64,000 nt of DNA from Chrysomallon squamiferum. Lineage: Eukaryota; Animalia; Mollusca. Location: the NCBI GenBank assembly GCA_012295275.1, contig CM022673.1:28148001-28212000 (forward strand), given 5' to 3'. The position numbers and the translations under genes are program-made. The first letter of the stretch is position 1. Each line of letters begins with the position of its first letter. The notes below the pieces were generated by a model. The model was not told the origin of the DNA and searched no databases. It saw only the letters and a list, made by a program, of their open reading frames with translations. Positions 10,425 to 24,414 of the stretch are shown here, piece after piece.

Positions 10425-10871
10425 GTGAGAATAATTCTTAGAAATTTAGTCATTTAATTTCTTTTTTATACGAATATAAAGATCTGTAGATACCCAGGGC
10501 AGGTAAGTCGATTTTCTGAACTGAATTTTTCATGGAGTCAAAATTATCTACAAATTAATAATGTGCGATACATATGATTAAGAATAAAAACTATTTTATT
10601 TCTCAGATATATTATTTGTAGTGATTCAGTTATTTGAATTAATCTGTATTCGAATTATACATATCATTAATAATGATAATTTTATCTCATTGAGCTTGAG
10701 AGTTGCATTAATAGCCACTCACGATTTAATGTGTAAATAAAAGAAAAAGAAGAAGAAAAAGAAAATAGACGAAGAACATTTTTCTTCTCTAAATAGCATC
10801 TAAGAAAACGAAGAAGATAAAATGTAAAATAAATATTATGAAGAAGAAGAAGAAAAAATGTAAAATAAATA

Positions 10872-11176
10872 TTATGAAGAAGAATATGAAAACATTTAAG
10901 CTAAATAGTATTGTGAAGAATATGAAAACATTTAAACTAAATAGTATTGTGAAGAATATGAAAACATTTAAACTAAATAGTATTGTGAAGAATATGAAAA
11001 CATTTAAACTAAATAGTATTGTGAAGAATATGAAAACATTTAAACTAAATAGCATTGTGAAGAATATGAAAACATTTAAACTAAATAGCATTGTGAATAA
11101 TATGAAAACATTTAAACTAAATAGCATTGTGAAGAATATGAAAACATTTAAACTAAATAGTATTGTGAAGAATATG
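10872..11176. repeat. 36-bp intronic minisatellite (TGTGAAGAATATGAAAACATTTAAACTAAATAGTAT), about 8.5 copies
   Basis: Tandem periodicity; it produces the spurious KNMKTFKLNSIV repeat ORF. Confidence 0.93.
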
Positions 11177-11238
11177 TTCTCAAAATGGTATTTACGCTTT
11201 AAGCTCACTTTTATAACAAGTTTGTTGTTACATTTCAG

Positions 11239-11351
11239 ATGGATGCTTCAGTGGCTGGTGGGAAATACCCACTTATTGAATCTAAAGGAGAGTCCAATCT
11301 TTCAAACAAGGAAACCTGCTGTGAAAACAAGTTCATCGTCTGCCGTCATAA
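11239..11351 (+). CDS. Gene B exon (MDASVAGGKYPLIESKGESNLSNKETCCENKFIVCRH), phase 0-2
   Basis: TTTCAG acceptor, AA|GTAAGC donor, open frame. Confidence 0.82.
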
Positions 11352-11777
11352 GTAAGCAGAGTTGTTATGTATTGCGTGTGTGTATCGAGTTAGTGTACAT
11401 TAACACAACCACTGCGAAGAAAAAGAAGAATAAGAACAACAACAACAACAACAGCAGCAAGAACGTTAAATACTACTACTACTTCTACTACTACTACTAC
11501 TACTACTATTAACTACTACTACTACTACTACTACTAGTACTACTACTACTAATAATAGTAATAACAATAATAATAATAACAATAACAATCACAATAATAC
11601 AAATAATAACAACAATAATAATAATAATAATATAAAACTGCTAGAATCAAACCTCCAGATAATGCGCAATGATTTTTGTTTTTTGATGGTATAAATGACT
11701 AAACTGATTAAATGTTCGTTTAATCGTTTAAATATTATATTTATCAGAATCCTTTTTTTTTTCTGTAATTTTTGTAG

Positions 11778-11863
11778 TCCAAGACTGGGACGTTCTGGAG
11801 GTTATTGGTACAATGTTAAAGAATACACAAACCACACTGGCTGCAATTGTGCACAGATCGTAG
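11778..11863 (+). CDS. Gene B module-4 exon (PRLGRSGGYWYNVKEYTNHTGCNCAQIV), 86 nt, phase 2-1
   Basis: TTTGTAG acceptor and AG|GTAAGA donor. The GR.GG.W....E..NH.G....Q motif is shared with modules 2 and 3. Confidence 0.87.
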
Positions 11864-12062
11864 GTAAGAAAGAATAGAATTAAAGGGGAATTACAAATTA
11901 ATTAAGCCCCCAACCCCCCATAAAAAAATTAAAAAACCCAAACAATTCCACAACTATAAAAACAAAAAACAACAACACCAAAACAACAAACAACCAACAA
12001 CACAAAAACCACTAAAAACATAATACAGTATAAATCATAAATCAGTTATAAAGTATCTACCG

Positions 12063-12146
<84 letters not shown>

Positions 12147-12212
12147 TCGCACACAAGCATTAGCAAATACTAAAAAGCCAGTGCAGTTGTAATTTCACTA
12201 TTATTTTTGCAG

Positions 12213-12344
12213 AACGAGTGAAAGCAGAAGATAGTATGGGTGATGAGGAAATGGAAAAAGTTATAGGTGACCTCAGAAACAAGTATCTGCATCGTTCTGC
12301 TGAATGCATGCGCAATCCAGCAGCGATGAAACAATATATTAAAT
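12213..12344 (+). CDS. Gene B exon (ERVKAEDSMGDEEMEKVIGDLRNKYLHRSAECMRNPAAMKQYIK), phase 1-1
   Basis: TTTGCAG acceptor, GTAAGT donor, open frame. Confidence 0.85.
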
Positions 12345-12520
12345 GTAAGTATTAAACAGAGGAGCAACTTAATCAAACCTTTTCAAATACATCAGTATAA
12401 ATTACTGCTATTACTACTGCTACTACTACTACTACTACTACAACAACTGCTACTACCTCTACAACTACTACTACAACAACTACTATCTCTACTACTGCTA
12501 CTACTACTACTACTACAACA

Positions 12521-12551
<31 letters not shown>

Positions 12552-12868
12552 TACTACTGCTAGTATTACTACTATTCAACAACTACTGCTACTACTGCAA
12601 CTACTGCAAATACTACTACTACACTGCTACTGCTACTACTGCAAATACTACTACTACAGTTGCTACTGCTTCTTACGCTTTTATTATTATTATTATTATT
12701 ATTATAAATACAATGACTACTAGTACAACTACTGCTACCACTTCTAGTTCTAGCCTTGGTGATATCTCTACTGCTATCACTTTATAACTGATTTATAACC
12801 GTTACTACTACTGCTACTGCTATTTGCTGCTGCTGCTACTTCTACTACCACTACCGCTATCACTACTG

Positions 12869-12919
<51 letters not shown>

Positions 12920-13063
12920 TTACTACTACTACTACTACTACTACCATCACCACTAGTACTGCTGCTGTTACTACTGCTAGTAATAAAACATACGTATTAA
13001 TACATGTACGCAAAACGTCTTCCGTACAGAACCTAATAACAAGCCAGTTTTTACTCATTACAG

Positions 13064-13117
13064 CTAATATCTGTTCGTACGACCTTAATAGATTCAAAAA
13101 TGAACCAGATATTACAG
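13064..13117 (+). CDS. Gene B exon (SNICSYDLNRFKNEPDIT), phase 1-1
   Basis: TTACAG acceptor, CAG|GTAAAA donor, open frame. Confidence 0.75.
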
Positions 13118-13171
13118 GTAAAATGTTTTGCATAATTATCAGTGAGTCAGTTAACCAGGGTGTGAGTTAAT

Positions 13172-13289
<118 letters not shown>

Positions 13290-13764
13290 ACATCTATCTA
13301 CCAAACCGACCAATATCTATCTTCTTATGTAAGAGGATGATTGGGCATCTGTTAGAAAGCTTCAGTTTGTAAAGAATAATTGTATCTAAATCAACAGATA
13401 ACATAATGAGTTATTCGTAATTTTGTTTTCGTTGTAATTTTCGACATCACTACAAAAGTATACATCTCAATCACTGTGTATTCTCGCCGTTTTCCAATTA
13501 CAATATGATATTTACCATTAGGATAGTTAAAAGAAAAACAATAACTTGGAAGAATACGAAATGTATTTGGATAACTTGCATCAGGTTGTAGGAACGTCTT
13601 AAACAGTTTTCATGCACCCATATTTTCAGACGCGTCTTCAGGTTTAAGAAACCCCACGTAAAAACCACGACATCTTGATACGTTTTTAAAACCACCTCGG
13701 CTATTTATATAGCTAGTTATATAGCTAGTTATATAGCTATTTATACAGCGCTTTGTGTTTTCAG

Positions 13765-13861
13765 GTCTAGGGAAGACGATTCGCCGACCGTGTCTAGATC
13801 ACGCCACTCTGAAAAGAGGACCACATATACCACAGTATGAACCCTGCACTGAACAAATAAT
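13765..13861 (+). CDS. Gene B exon (GLGKTIRRPCLDHATLKRGPHIPQYEPCTEQI), phase 1-2
   Basis: TTTTCAG acceptor, GTAAGC donor, open frame. Confidence 0.82.
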
Positions 13862-14301
13862 GTAAGCTAATACACTGTCTCTACTGTGTGTGTGTTGTCT
13901 CTCTAGTGTGTGTGTGTTGTCTCTCTGAATGTTGTCTGTTTAATAGATGACCAAACACGGTGATACCTGTCTTTAGAGGCCACCGAGATGAGCGGTCACG
14001 TTTCCCAGTTCAGATTGCTTTTCAGCGGATACGTCACTTAGATTAGCGGACGCCTGCGGAAAGCATTGTTTTATTACTATTCCACTGCTAAGTCCGACAG
14101 TCTCTCTCTCTCATTCTCTCTCTCTCTCTGACTCTCTCTCATTCTCTCTCTCTGCACACACACACATCGAGACAGATATTATCATTTGACAGAAAGGATC
14201 TGCGCTAGTCACGGCAAGTTCTTGTGAATGTATCAGTGTTTTATGACAGCACGCTGTAGTTATACTCAGTCAAACATATATACGTAGTTTTGTGTACAGT
14301 C

Positions 14302-14408
<107 letters not shown>

Positions 14409-14530
14409 AGACAAGACGTACTGTTGTGATTCCATGGGATATTCTAAACCACAGTAAGAGATTTTTCTGTGTATAGGTTAACATTTACGATATTTATGAT
14501 GATGATGATGATGATTATTTATTTATTTTA

Positions 14531-14564
<34 letters not shown>

Positions 14565-14788
14565 TATTTATTATATTATATTATATATGTATGTATATAT
14601 TGTTTATAATAAGTGCTTTTCGAGCACTGTGTAGATTGGTAAATAAATCACAGAGAAGGACTGATGATTCGACCACTCACGTGACCAATGAGCGATCAGT
14701 CACGTGACAGAACTCCATTGTCAGAATGTTTTTTTTTTTTTATTTTATCACCGGATTTTCATTTCTCACATTTTTCTTTCTTTTTCAG

Positions 14789-14840
14789 TCCTTTGGAAGA
14801 GTTAAAAGGAAACTGTAAACCGTGGAAAATTTTAGTATGA
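14789..14840 (+). CDS. Gene B terminal coding exon (IPLEELKGNCKPWKILV*)
   Basis: Strong polypyrimidine tract plus CAG, phase 2 entry, TGA at 14838-14840, AATAAA at 15017 and beyond. Confidence 0.75.
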
Positions 14841-15250
14841 AATTTTTTATATAACTTACACATTTTTGAACACTTTCATTTTATACTCTTTATTTTGCTA
14901 CAAATATATTTATTTATACATTATTAAATCAGGGCAAACACTGAAGATAATATTTTACTTTATTTTTATATATTTAATTGAAAAATCTTGTCAAAATTAT
15001 AGTTCTTGAATTTGGGAATAAAAAGTGAAAAGAATAAGAATAATAATGAATGTAAAGATGTGTATTATAATCATTGTTAAATGCACTAACTGAAAAAAAG
15101 AAATAAAAAAAAAGTTAAGTAAAATACAGTTGTTATTATTTGTGCATTTGTTGTTGTTGTTGTTGTTGTATTATTAATAATAATATTATTTATTATTATC
15201 ATTATTTATAAAAATTTTAAAATTTATTATTATTATTATTATTATTATTT

Positions 15251-15289
<39 letters not shown>

Positions 15290-15864
15290 TTTTTTATTTT
15301 TTATTTTTTTTGAGGTATTATATCGAAGTAGATATATTTAATGTATTTAATATATAATTTCCAAATATACTTGAGATTAATAATGTAATATTAATAATAA
15401 TGTTATAATAGTCCAAAAAAATAAAAAAGAAAATGTGTTCCTTAATTTATTTCCTTTACTGAAACTGGGTAATTTTCTTTAAATCTATAACATGGATGGA
15501 GAATATAAACTGATAATAACAAATCTGTCAAAATTAATATTATTTTCATTTCTTCATAATCTTTTCCTTTTAACTCAGATGTATAAATGATAATACGACA
15601 ACAATATCTACAAAGAGAAAAGATTACAAGTTAGACTAGCAGTGACTATAAAGAGTTCCTGTATATAAAAAAGTTTTGTTTTGTATAAGAATTTCTATTA
15701 CAAACAACTTATAGATTTTTACTGGCAACTAAACTTTGCTGACAGTAAAGCATTACGAAAAAACGCGCCCATGATGATGGTGATGATAATGGTTTACAAC
15801 AACAACAATAACAATAATAATAAATACTTTTCTTTTTAACTTGGAATAATTATTATTATGTATT

Positions 15865-15912
<48 letters not shown>

Positions 15913-17587
15913 TTAAAATATAAAATAATAATTATTGGAAAATAAAAAATGCATTTATTCTTTTTTGCAAAAACAAGCACAGATACATTTTAATTTAAGC
16001 CATTATTGGTTATGACCGAAAACAATTAAGTATTATATTCATTTATGCATTAAGTTATTTTATTATTCATTTTATAAACACCTTTTTCAATGATATATTT
16101 CACGGGTAAGTTTGCATTGCTTTATACACTCGTTTTTCACGATGATAAACATTTGTTCTGTTTATAACTTTTCACTAAGAAAACATCACAGCACTTGACA
16201 TTCAGTTCATTTCTGTTAGTAACACATCACTTTTAATTTAACTTTTATTACAGCTAGCTGCTTAAACAGATAAACAACATTCAATTAATCATGATCAAGG
16301 GTTGAAAAGAAATGTCTCAAACCCAGCAGAACGAAACCATACGCAAGCTATTTGCTGTCATTAAGAAGAAGAAGAAGAAGAAAAAAATCTTCTTCTCATA
16401 GACAAGGAGAAAGCCAACCTCTTTCCCCTGTTTAACTCACACATCTCGCAAACTAGTGACCTCGTAAACCTTTGAACAAAGACGCTCGAAGTGCGCTGTG
16501 TCGGAGCATGTAGAACAGCGCAATCTGAGGCAGTAATGAAATTAAACGATGCGCTGTCTTGTCTTGGCCGCCACGGTCAGTGTACAAAGTCCCTATCTAG
16601 CCACGTCAGACCCGAATGACAAATATTTGGTAACCGATGATTGAGTGGAAGCGATGGCGAGATTTCGGCGATATCACCGGCGCGCTGTGCTTAGCGAGAA
16701 GACGCTTTCCCACCGAGGTCCTTAATGAACCGTATTTTGACAGAATAAACAGTTTTTTCGTCGATCCGTGCCGCTACAATCAGATCAGCAATTTCAGAAA
16801 GGGAGCTTGCCAATAGAAAAAAAAAAAAGAGCTTTTCTCCGTCCCAAAGCCCGTGATTTATTTCGCGTATTGATCAGGCGATGAGTTCCAGGAGACGTCG
16901 ATTTCTCGCCACCAATCCTCCCATAATAAAAAGGCCTTGTTGAGCAGTTTGCAATCTGACGGATTCCGCCGAGCCGGGTTTTTTAAGCCGCTTGCTGTTT
17001 GGGCGCGCGTCGTTGAAAGGATTTCTCGCCATTTCTCGAATCACTTTGCTAATTTGGTTTATAAGAATTGTATCAGAAAAACGGCGAGTGATCGGAATGC
17101 ACGTTCCTGGTTCGAGTCGTAGACGAGCTTAGACTGGGGTTTTGAGGGGGTTGGGTGTGGGGGGTTGGGTGATAATGTCGCGAAGGAAGGTGGTGCAACG
17201 TAACCCGTTGGCTCTACTGTTTCGTAATGAATTATTCATTCACATGTTTAGACAATACCCAGAGATTGGTTTTTCTCTAAAGGTTCCTGACCGTGTCTTC
17301 TAAACATTTTTTGAAAATAATTTTTCTTTTTTTTAAGATTCAGTTAACAGTGTATTTCTTTTCTCAATAGTGTTTTTCTTCAATTTTTAGTCTTTGTTAA
17401 TTTCTTTTTTTTGTTTTCGATGGATTGATGGTAAACAGCGGGGTAAAATTTAATTACTGTCTGGTCTGTATAGTATTACTACTGATTTATATATTTACAG
17501 AATTATAAATTTTGAAAAACCGCATGATATTATTATAAAAAAAAAAAAAAAAAAAAAAAATAAAAAAATAAATATAAAAAAAAAAAG

Positions 17588-17637
<50 letters not shown>

Positions 17638-19711
17638 AAAATTAATAATTGATTTTACATAAGCAATATGTTTTCTTTTAGTACACTAACCTTTAACATA
17701 CTTTCGTAACAACTCTGCTATCACATTTCATTTTCATGAAATATCGATATTTTCCTTTCAGTGTCCTCATCTAGCTTTAAACAGTAAACAACAGGAAGCT
17801 ACATAAATGACAAACTTGTTAAGCACCCCTGGGGCGTTTCGGCGTATCTTCATTAATTAATATCAATAGATACATTATGAGCTGTGTAACCAGATACCAC
17901 GTGTTTGTTGGACAGATAATCTTCGCAAACCTTCGTAAATGTTTTTTCCTTTGTCTTTGAAACCATATTTTAATAGGCCATCTCTGTATCAGAATTTGTG
18001 ACGATACACAAGAAAAGAATTTGGCAGCAGCCACATCGTTTTGGTGAACTTCTTTATATGAATAGTGGATGTTGTCATTCAGTCTTTCGTTTAGTTCTTT
18101 GTTTTCTAGTTTCTCTTTCAAATAAACTCAAACAGACAGAGACATACATACAGACATACACATACTGACTCACAAAGACACACATACATTCACATGCGTT
18201 CTAGTCTGTTAACAGAATTCAAAACGTGAAAGGAAAAACACGGCTATTTTTCGATTCTCTTCATGTAATGAAATCGTTCATTATTAATGGTCAGTTGTTT
18301 AAAGCGGGCGAATCTCTTTCAGTGCAGAATATCGTGTTTTTAATATTCGTACAAATTGGCTGTTTCCTACAAAGAAAGCGAACCTTTACTGATGTACGGA
18401 TTCGAAACGTATACTGTTTCCTAATTACAAGTAACCGAAATGCAATTTACACATAAAATATAATTAGTATGTAAATCAAGAGTATATAAAATATGTACTG
18501 CTAAATGAAAAATAACACAAGTGTGTACACACATACATTCATCAACATACATACACACCGACACTATTACGTGTGAACATAGACATAATTAAAGTCTGAT
18601 AAACGAATAAAATAATTAGTTTATTTATTTATTCAGAATGAACATTTCTTTGAGTTGGTCTATTTCACAATAAGATAAATAAAACAAAAATCCGAAAAGA
18701 AATGGCAAATGTTCATAAACCAACGTTTTTAATTTTTATTACAAACCGAGGTTTCCACGCCGAATCACATTCCATGGCTGTTTTCATTATTTTAATATGT
18801 TTTTTCTTTCACGCATTGTCTTCATGTGTTCAAAACTGTGGAAATCTAATTATGAACTATTATATTTTTCATTTAGTTTATTTCTTTTCTCCCGAATCTG
18901 ATAACCTTTGTCAAGATCAAGAAAGTCATTCGGGCAGTTTCTTTCTAATTTTGAAAAATACTTCTTTATAAATCGAACTATTATTATTATTATTATTATT
19001 TTTTTTTTTCGTTCAAACCTTTAATGTTAACTAATTATTGTGTCTTTTGAACTATTAGTTCGCTCTGCCACAAGCAAACTAACATGATTGCAAAAAGTAT
19101 AAAAAGATATGAACCGAAAAAAATCGCTGTTTTTGAAGCTGTATGGTGTCACTTATTCCGGAAATGACGTTACTCACGCTCGGTATCTTCTGTAGTTTCT
19201 TCCATTGCGATGCGCAATTAAATTAAACGGCTTGTCCGAAAGAAAATGACATATGTGAAAAACATACGACAACATGAGCTATTTTAAACCGCGAAAGAGA
19301 CAGAATTCTGCCAAAGCACGTCGTTTTTGCTGTTATTAGATTTCGCGAGTTCACATCTTGTCATATTAAGGAAATACTCCTGACGTCAAGATAGAAACAA
19401 AGAACGGAAGATCAGACCATTTAATAAAATGGAGTTATAAACAAAAATGTTTATTTTTAGTGTTTCGTTTTAAACTTATTTTTTTTTGATCAGCATGGTA
19501 ATGATATAGTAATGATGATGATTATGATAAGAATGGTAAAACAAGGTATACCAGTAACACATAATGAAAAGAGCTGCATTACCTTAATAATAATAATGAT
19601 GTTTGTTTGGATGATATTAATAATGATGATGACGACAATGATAATATTATAATAATGGGAATAATAAATAAAATATGAATATATTAATAAAACATGAATA
19701 TATAAATTTAA

Positions 19712-19743
<32 letters not shown>

Positions 19744-21239
19744 AATATTAATGATGGTAATGACGATGATAAGTACACACGTACAAATGAATTAGTGTTA
19801 ATGATAATTGAGTGTCGGTAACTTATAATCCGCTATATGGCGGTTAATCCTTTATTTTTCAGCACGCTGATTGAAACACTTTCTGATTTGTAGCAATGAC
19901 AATGACACGATCTGGGCACAATAAGTAAATGACAGCATTGTGATATTCACGTTCCTGTAAACGTCTAATTGAAAAGTCCGGAAAAGCTGGAACAGAGGAA
20001 CCTTTTCAATTTTTACCGGGAAGGTATGGCCCCAAAACAAACCTCATTAGTACTGGCGCAATTAGAAATGAATAATCTAGACACCTTTTTGTCAGTCATT
20101 GGAGAAATCAGTTTGCACGAAGGATTCCTTTCCCAGAAACAGCATGTCCGTTTGTTCAATAGCTTCAGATGCCACGGTTAGTGGCATTGTGTTGAAAACG
20201 TGTTCTTTATTGGAGATCAGATGTGTGTGTGTGTGTGTGATGCTATCAAATGATGAATAGCTTTCAGTTCAGAAACAAATATGGAAGCATGATCGATGAA
20301 GATACATTTCCCCCCACATAAAAAAAAAAACCCAAAGCCAAAAAATAATATAAATTAAAAAAGCATGAGTTATGTTGAACGGATATGAATTCACTGTAAA
20401 AAGAACGAAAAAGCCTCCAGTGTGAATAAGAATAATTTTAGAGTGCATATGTTAGAAGCATATGGGAAATAGAAATGTTATTGATAAATGGTTATGCAAA
20501 AATAAAATAAAAAACGATTTGCAGATTTTCAAAGTACTGAAGATGGTTGAATGCGAAGCTAATAAGAATTAAAAAAAAACATTTCATTATGTATATATAT
20601 ATATATAAAATGAAAAATAATAAAAAATACGAAAAATCTCTTCCTTCCACCTTGTAAGAGTAACCCACTTCCATTTTGAAATGATAGCAATACACGTTGT
20701 AAGAACAATCCGTTTCCATCTTGTAAGTGCACTCTACGTCTGTCTTTTAGGGATAACGTCGATCTCGTAAAGGTAACCCACTGAACAGCGATAGAAGTCA
20801 TCCTCTTTCATATCTATCAGTACCAAAACTTGCATCTCTGTATTTTATTACCGAAAGAACCTTTTTGATAATAGTTTGGTTTTAAATGCTAAATCTGTCT
20901 GGTACTTAAATACTGAAATAAATTTATATTTTATTTGTTCTTTCTTTTTCTTGACACTTCTTTCGTTCTTTGCCTTTACACTGACAAATGCAAATGTTTC
21001 GTTAGGTCTCGTTAAATATTCATTTGTTTATTCTTGCACGTATTCAGTTTTACCAAATTAAACATACACGAAGAGGATGATTAATGATTATTACATTATC
21101 TGTCATTACATTCATTCGTCCATTCACACTTTTCATCTGTTCATTCATTTGAGGTAACAAAACAAAAAAGAAACACAAACAGATTTTATATAATAAATCA
21201 TCAAATTATCACTGTTTTATTCCTTATTATTATTCTTAC

Positions 21240-21740
<501 letters not shown>

Positions 21741-21797
21741 ATTCTTCTTCTTCTTGTTCTTGTTCTTATTATTATTACTATACTAATATCACCATTA

Positions 21798-21837
<40 letters not shown>

Positions 21838-22640
21838 GATCACAGTTTAGCGTTCAGTGCGAAATGATCATCTTCGCCATCTTCTTTATGTCAACAGAAA
21901 CTTCAGACATGATTTATTAATGGCTTTCACAGACGGCGAACTCTCTCAGTGACAGTAACACAGAAATTTATTACGGCTCTGTTTGGTTTGAGTTTTGCAT
22001 TAGTAAAATTCGAAAGGAAAACACAAACGACGGCGTAAAGACATGAAAGGCATTGGAAACCGCTTGTGATCATTAAGCAAATGTAAGATGTATCGATTGT
22101 GCTATATAAACTTGGCGATGTCAAAGCACTTACGAAAGATGTATTTATTATTGATGGAAAGAAATATTTGTCTAACGATATAAATAATTAAGATTTTAAT
22201 CAATGTTATTTAGTATCGTGTACCTGGTATCTTATACAGGCGGCTGTGCAGGAAAGGTTTTGTTTGAAATGCTGTGTGAAAACAGGTGATGAGTTTCTTA
22301 AATATTCTATGGCGAGTTAGTTGGAAGTTTGAGTGTAAATAATATATTGTGCCATAGTCAAGGACAACTATATGCATGTCATCTAAGATTTTGCCAACGT
22401 TAGATTTAAAAAAATATGTTTTGTATAAAAAACTAAAACAGTAGAAACTGCTAAGTTTATTTTAAGTTGCAAGAATAAGTACCATTAGATGCCAACAGCA
22501 CCATTATTAAAAGGATCAATATCCATTAATATGTCAGTGACCGGTATCTGACGTTTTCAGACAAATGGTCTTTCTAGACAATGTTAATTTTATTTACATC
22601 CGACAGTTACAGTTTTTATGAGATACAATAAATAAATGAA

Positions 22641-22679
<39 letters not shown>

Positions 22680-23503
22680 GTAAGTAAATAAACAAACAGA
22701 ACAAACGAATGAATGAATGAATAAATATATAAATAAAGCAATAGTTACGACTTCAAGAGAAATGGAAGAAATAATAAATAAATAAATACAAAAATAACTA
22801 ACTCGCTAATTAACTAACTAACTAGTCGAACAAGTAAATAAATAAATAAATAAATAAATAAAAATAAGACTAAAAGGAATAAAAACATAACAAACACCAA
22901 CAATAAAAAAAAAAAATAAAAAAAAAAAAGTGAGAAAAAAATTCATAAATAAAATATCCCTAATAGTTATCATTACAGCGGCACTTAATAAAAATGTTAT
23001 TTACCCACACACGAACAGCACACAGATCGTACAAGTAATAACAAACACACATACACAATAGAATTTCAAATCGTTAACGAAGTCACATCCCCAGATAATG
23101 GCCTACATCTATCTTCCGATTTTTCGTTGTTCTCTCTCGGTCATCCCAAATCAATCAAATGTTTCTTCAATAAATATTTTATTGACGCTGTAGCAATTAC
23201 TGGCAGCCTTTGCCTCCCGGGGACTGCTAGCTATTGCATTTATACCTGTACAAACATAAGCAGACAATACCTACACTGGGAGCCGTTAGTGTTAGGAGAC
23301 ACGTCAGAAATACGACGGTTAAACAATCAACTGACACGTTTTGTTGAATATGATTTATGAGAGGCGTTTATAGGGGTAAAAAAAAAAAAAAAAAAAATCA
23401 GTTCACGTCCAGAAAATCTTCTAACACGTCTGATGTTTGGCTGTTACAGATGTTATGTTGCTGTCTTTGCTAGAAATTATAAACACAGTTATACAAATAA
23501 AAT

Positions 23504-23538
<35 letters not shown>

Positions 23539-24355
23539 TAAAAAAAAAATAAAAATAATAGTAATAATATTACTAAAAAAAAAAAAAAAAATAAAACACA
23601 AACAAAACAACAAAAACAAGCAGCAGTAGTAACAACAACAACAACAAAAAATAAATTAACAAAAAGTCAGTGGTACTTGTGAATATGCAGAATAATTTCA
23701 TTTCATTGGACTTGTGCAACTGTCTGTCTGTCTGTCCGACTGTCTCACAGTGTGTGTTTATTCCGTGTCTCTCGTGAGTGTGTCAATGTTAGTGAAGTAT
23801 TCAGAAGTGTGCTTAAAACTGCGATTTCATGTTACAAAATTTTCAATTTTTATAAAATTAACGTAAAATAATGCAAAATAAGGTTACGCGCGCGCGCACA
23901 CACACAAACACACACACAGACACTTTCAGAAATGTATATTTAGAGTGTGTAACAACTAGACAAATCTTCCAAATCTAAAGTTTTTGTTTTGTTTGTTTGA
24001 TTTTGTTATTTGACATCAGGAATATTACGGTTACCCAGTATGTAGAAAATAATTAATATCCTTGTTGTCGTTGCAGTTGTACATCTTCATCATCATCTTT
24101 ATTATTGTTGTTGTTGTTGTTGTTGGAGGGATGGTGGAGGTGGTGATATTCTTTTCATAATCATCATCATCATCATTGTCACTGTCATCTACATTGGTGA
24201 CTATTATCATTTCTTTTTAGTATAGCCTATTAATTACAATTATCATTATGATTATTATTTAACATTAAAACAAAAATCAGTGCGCAAATAGTGATAAAAG
24301 GAGACAATATATGTACATATATTTAAAATTGATATATATATATATATCAATTTTA

Positions 24356-24414
<59 letters not shown>

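Noticed and set aside
10838-11512. 224-aa ORF with KNMKTFKLNSIV repeats, and the antisense 139-aa ORF
   Set aside because: Product of a 36-bp intronic minisatellite; the true exon 11239-11351 is in a different frame.
17081-17130. Pol III B-box-like GGTTCGAGTC (possible tRNA or SINE head)
   Set aside because: I could not build a cloverleaf or find a convincing, correctly spaced A-box.
17537-17640. ~100-nt poly(A) run as a retrocopy tail
   Set aside because: No upstream ORF or target-site duplication is evident, and poly(A) runs are common throughout the window.
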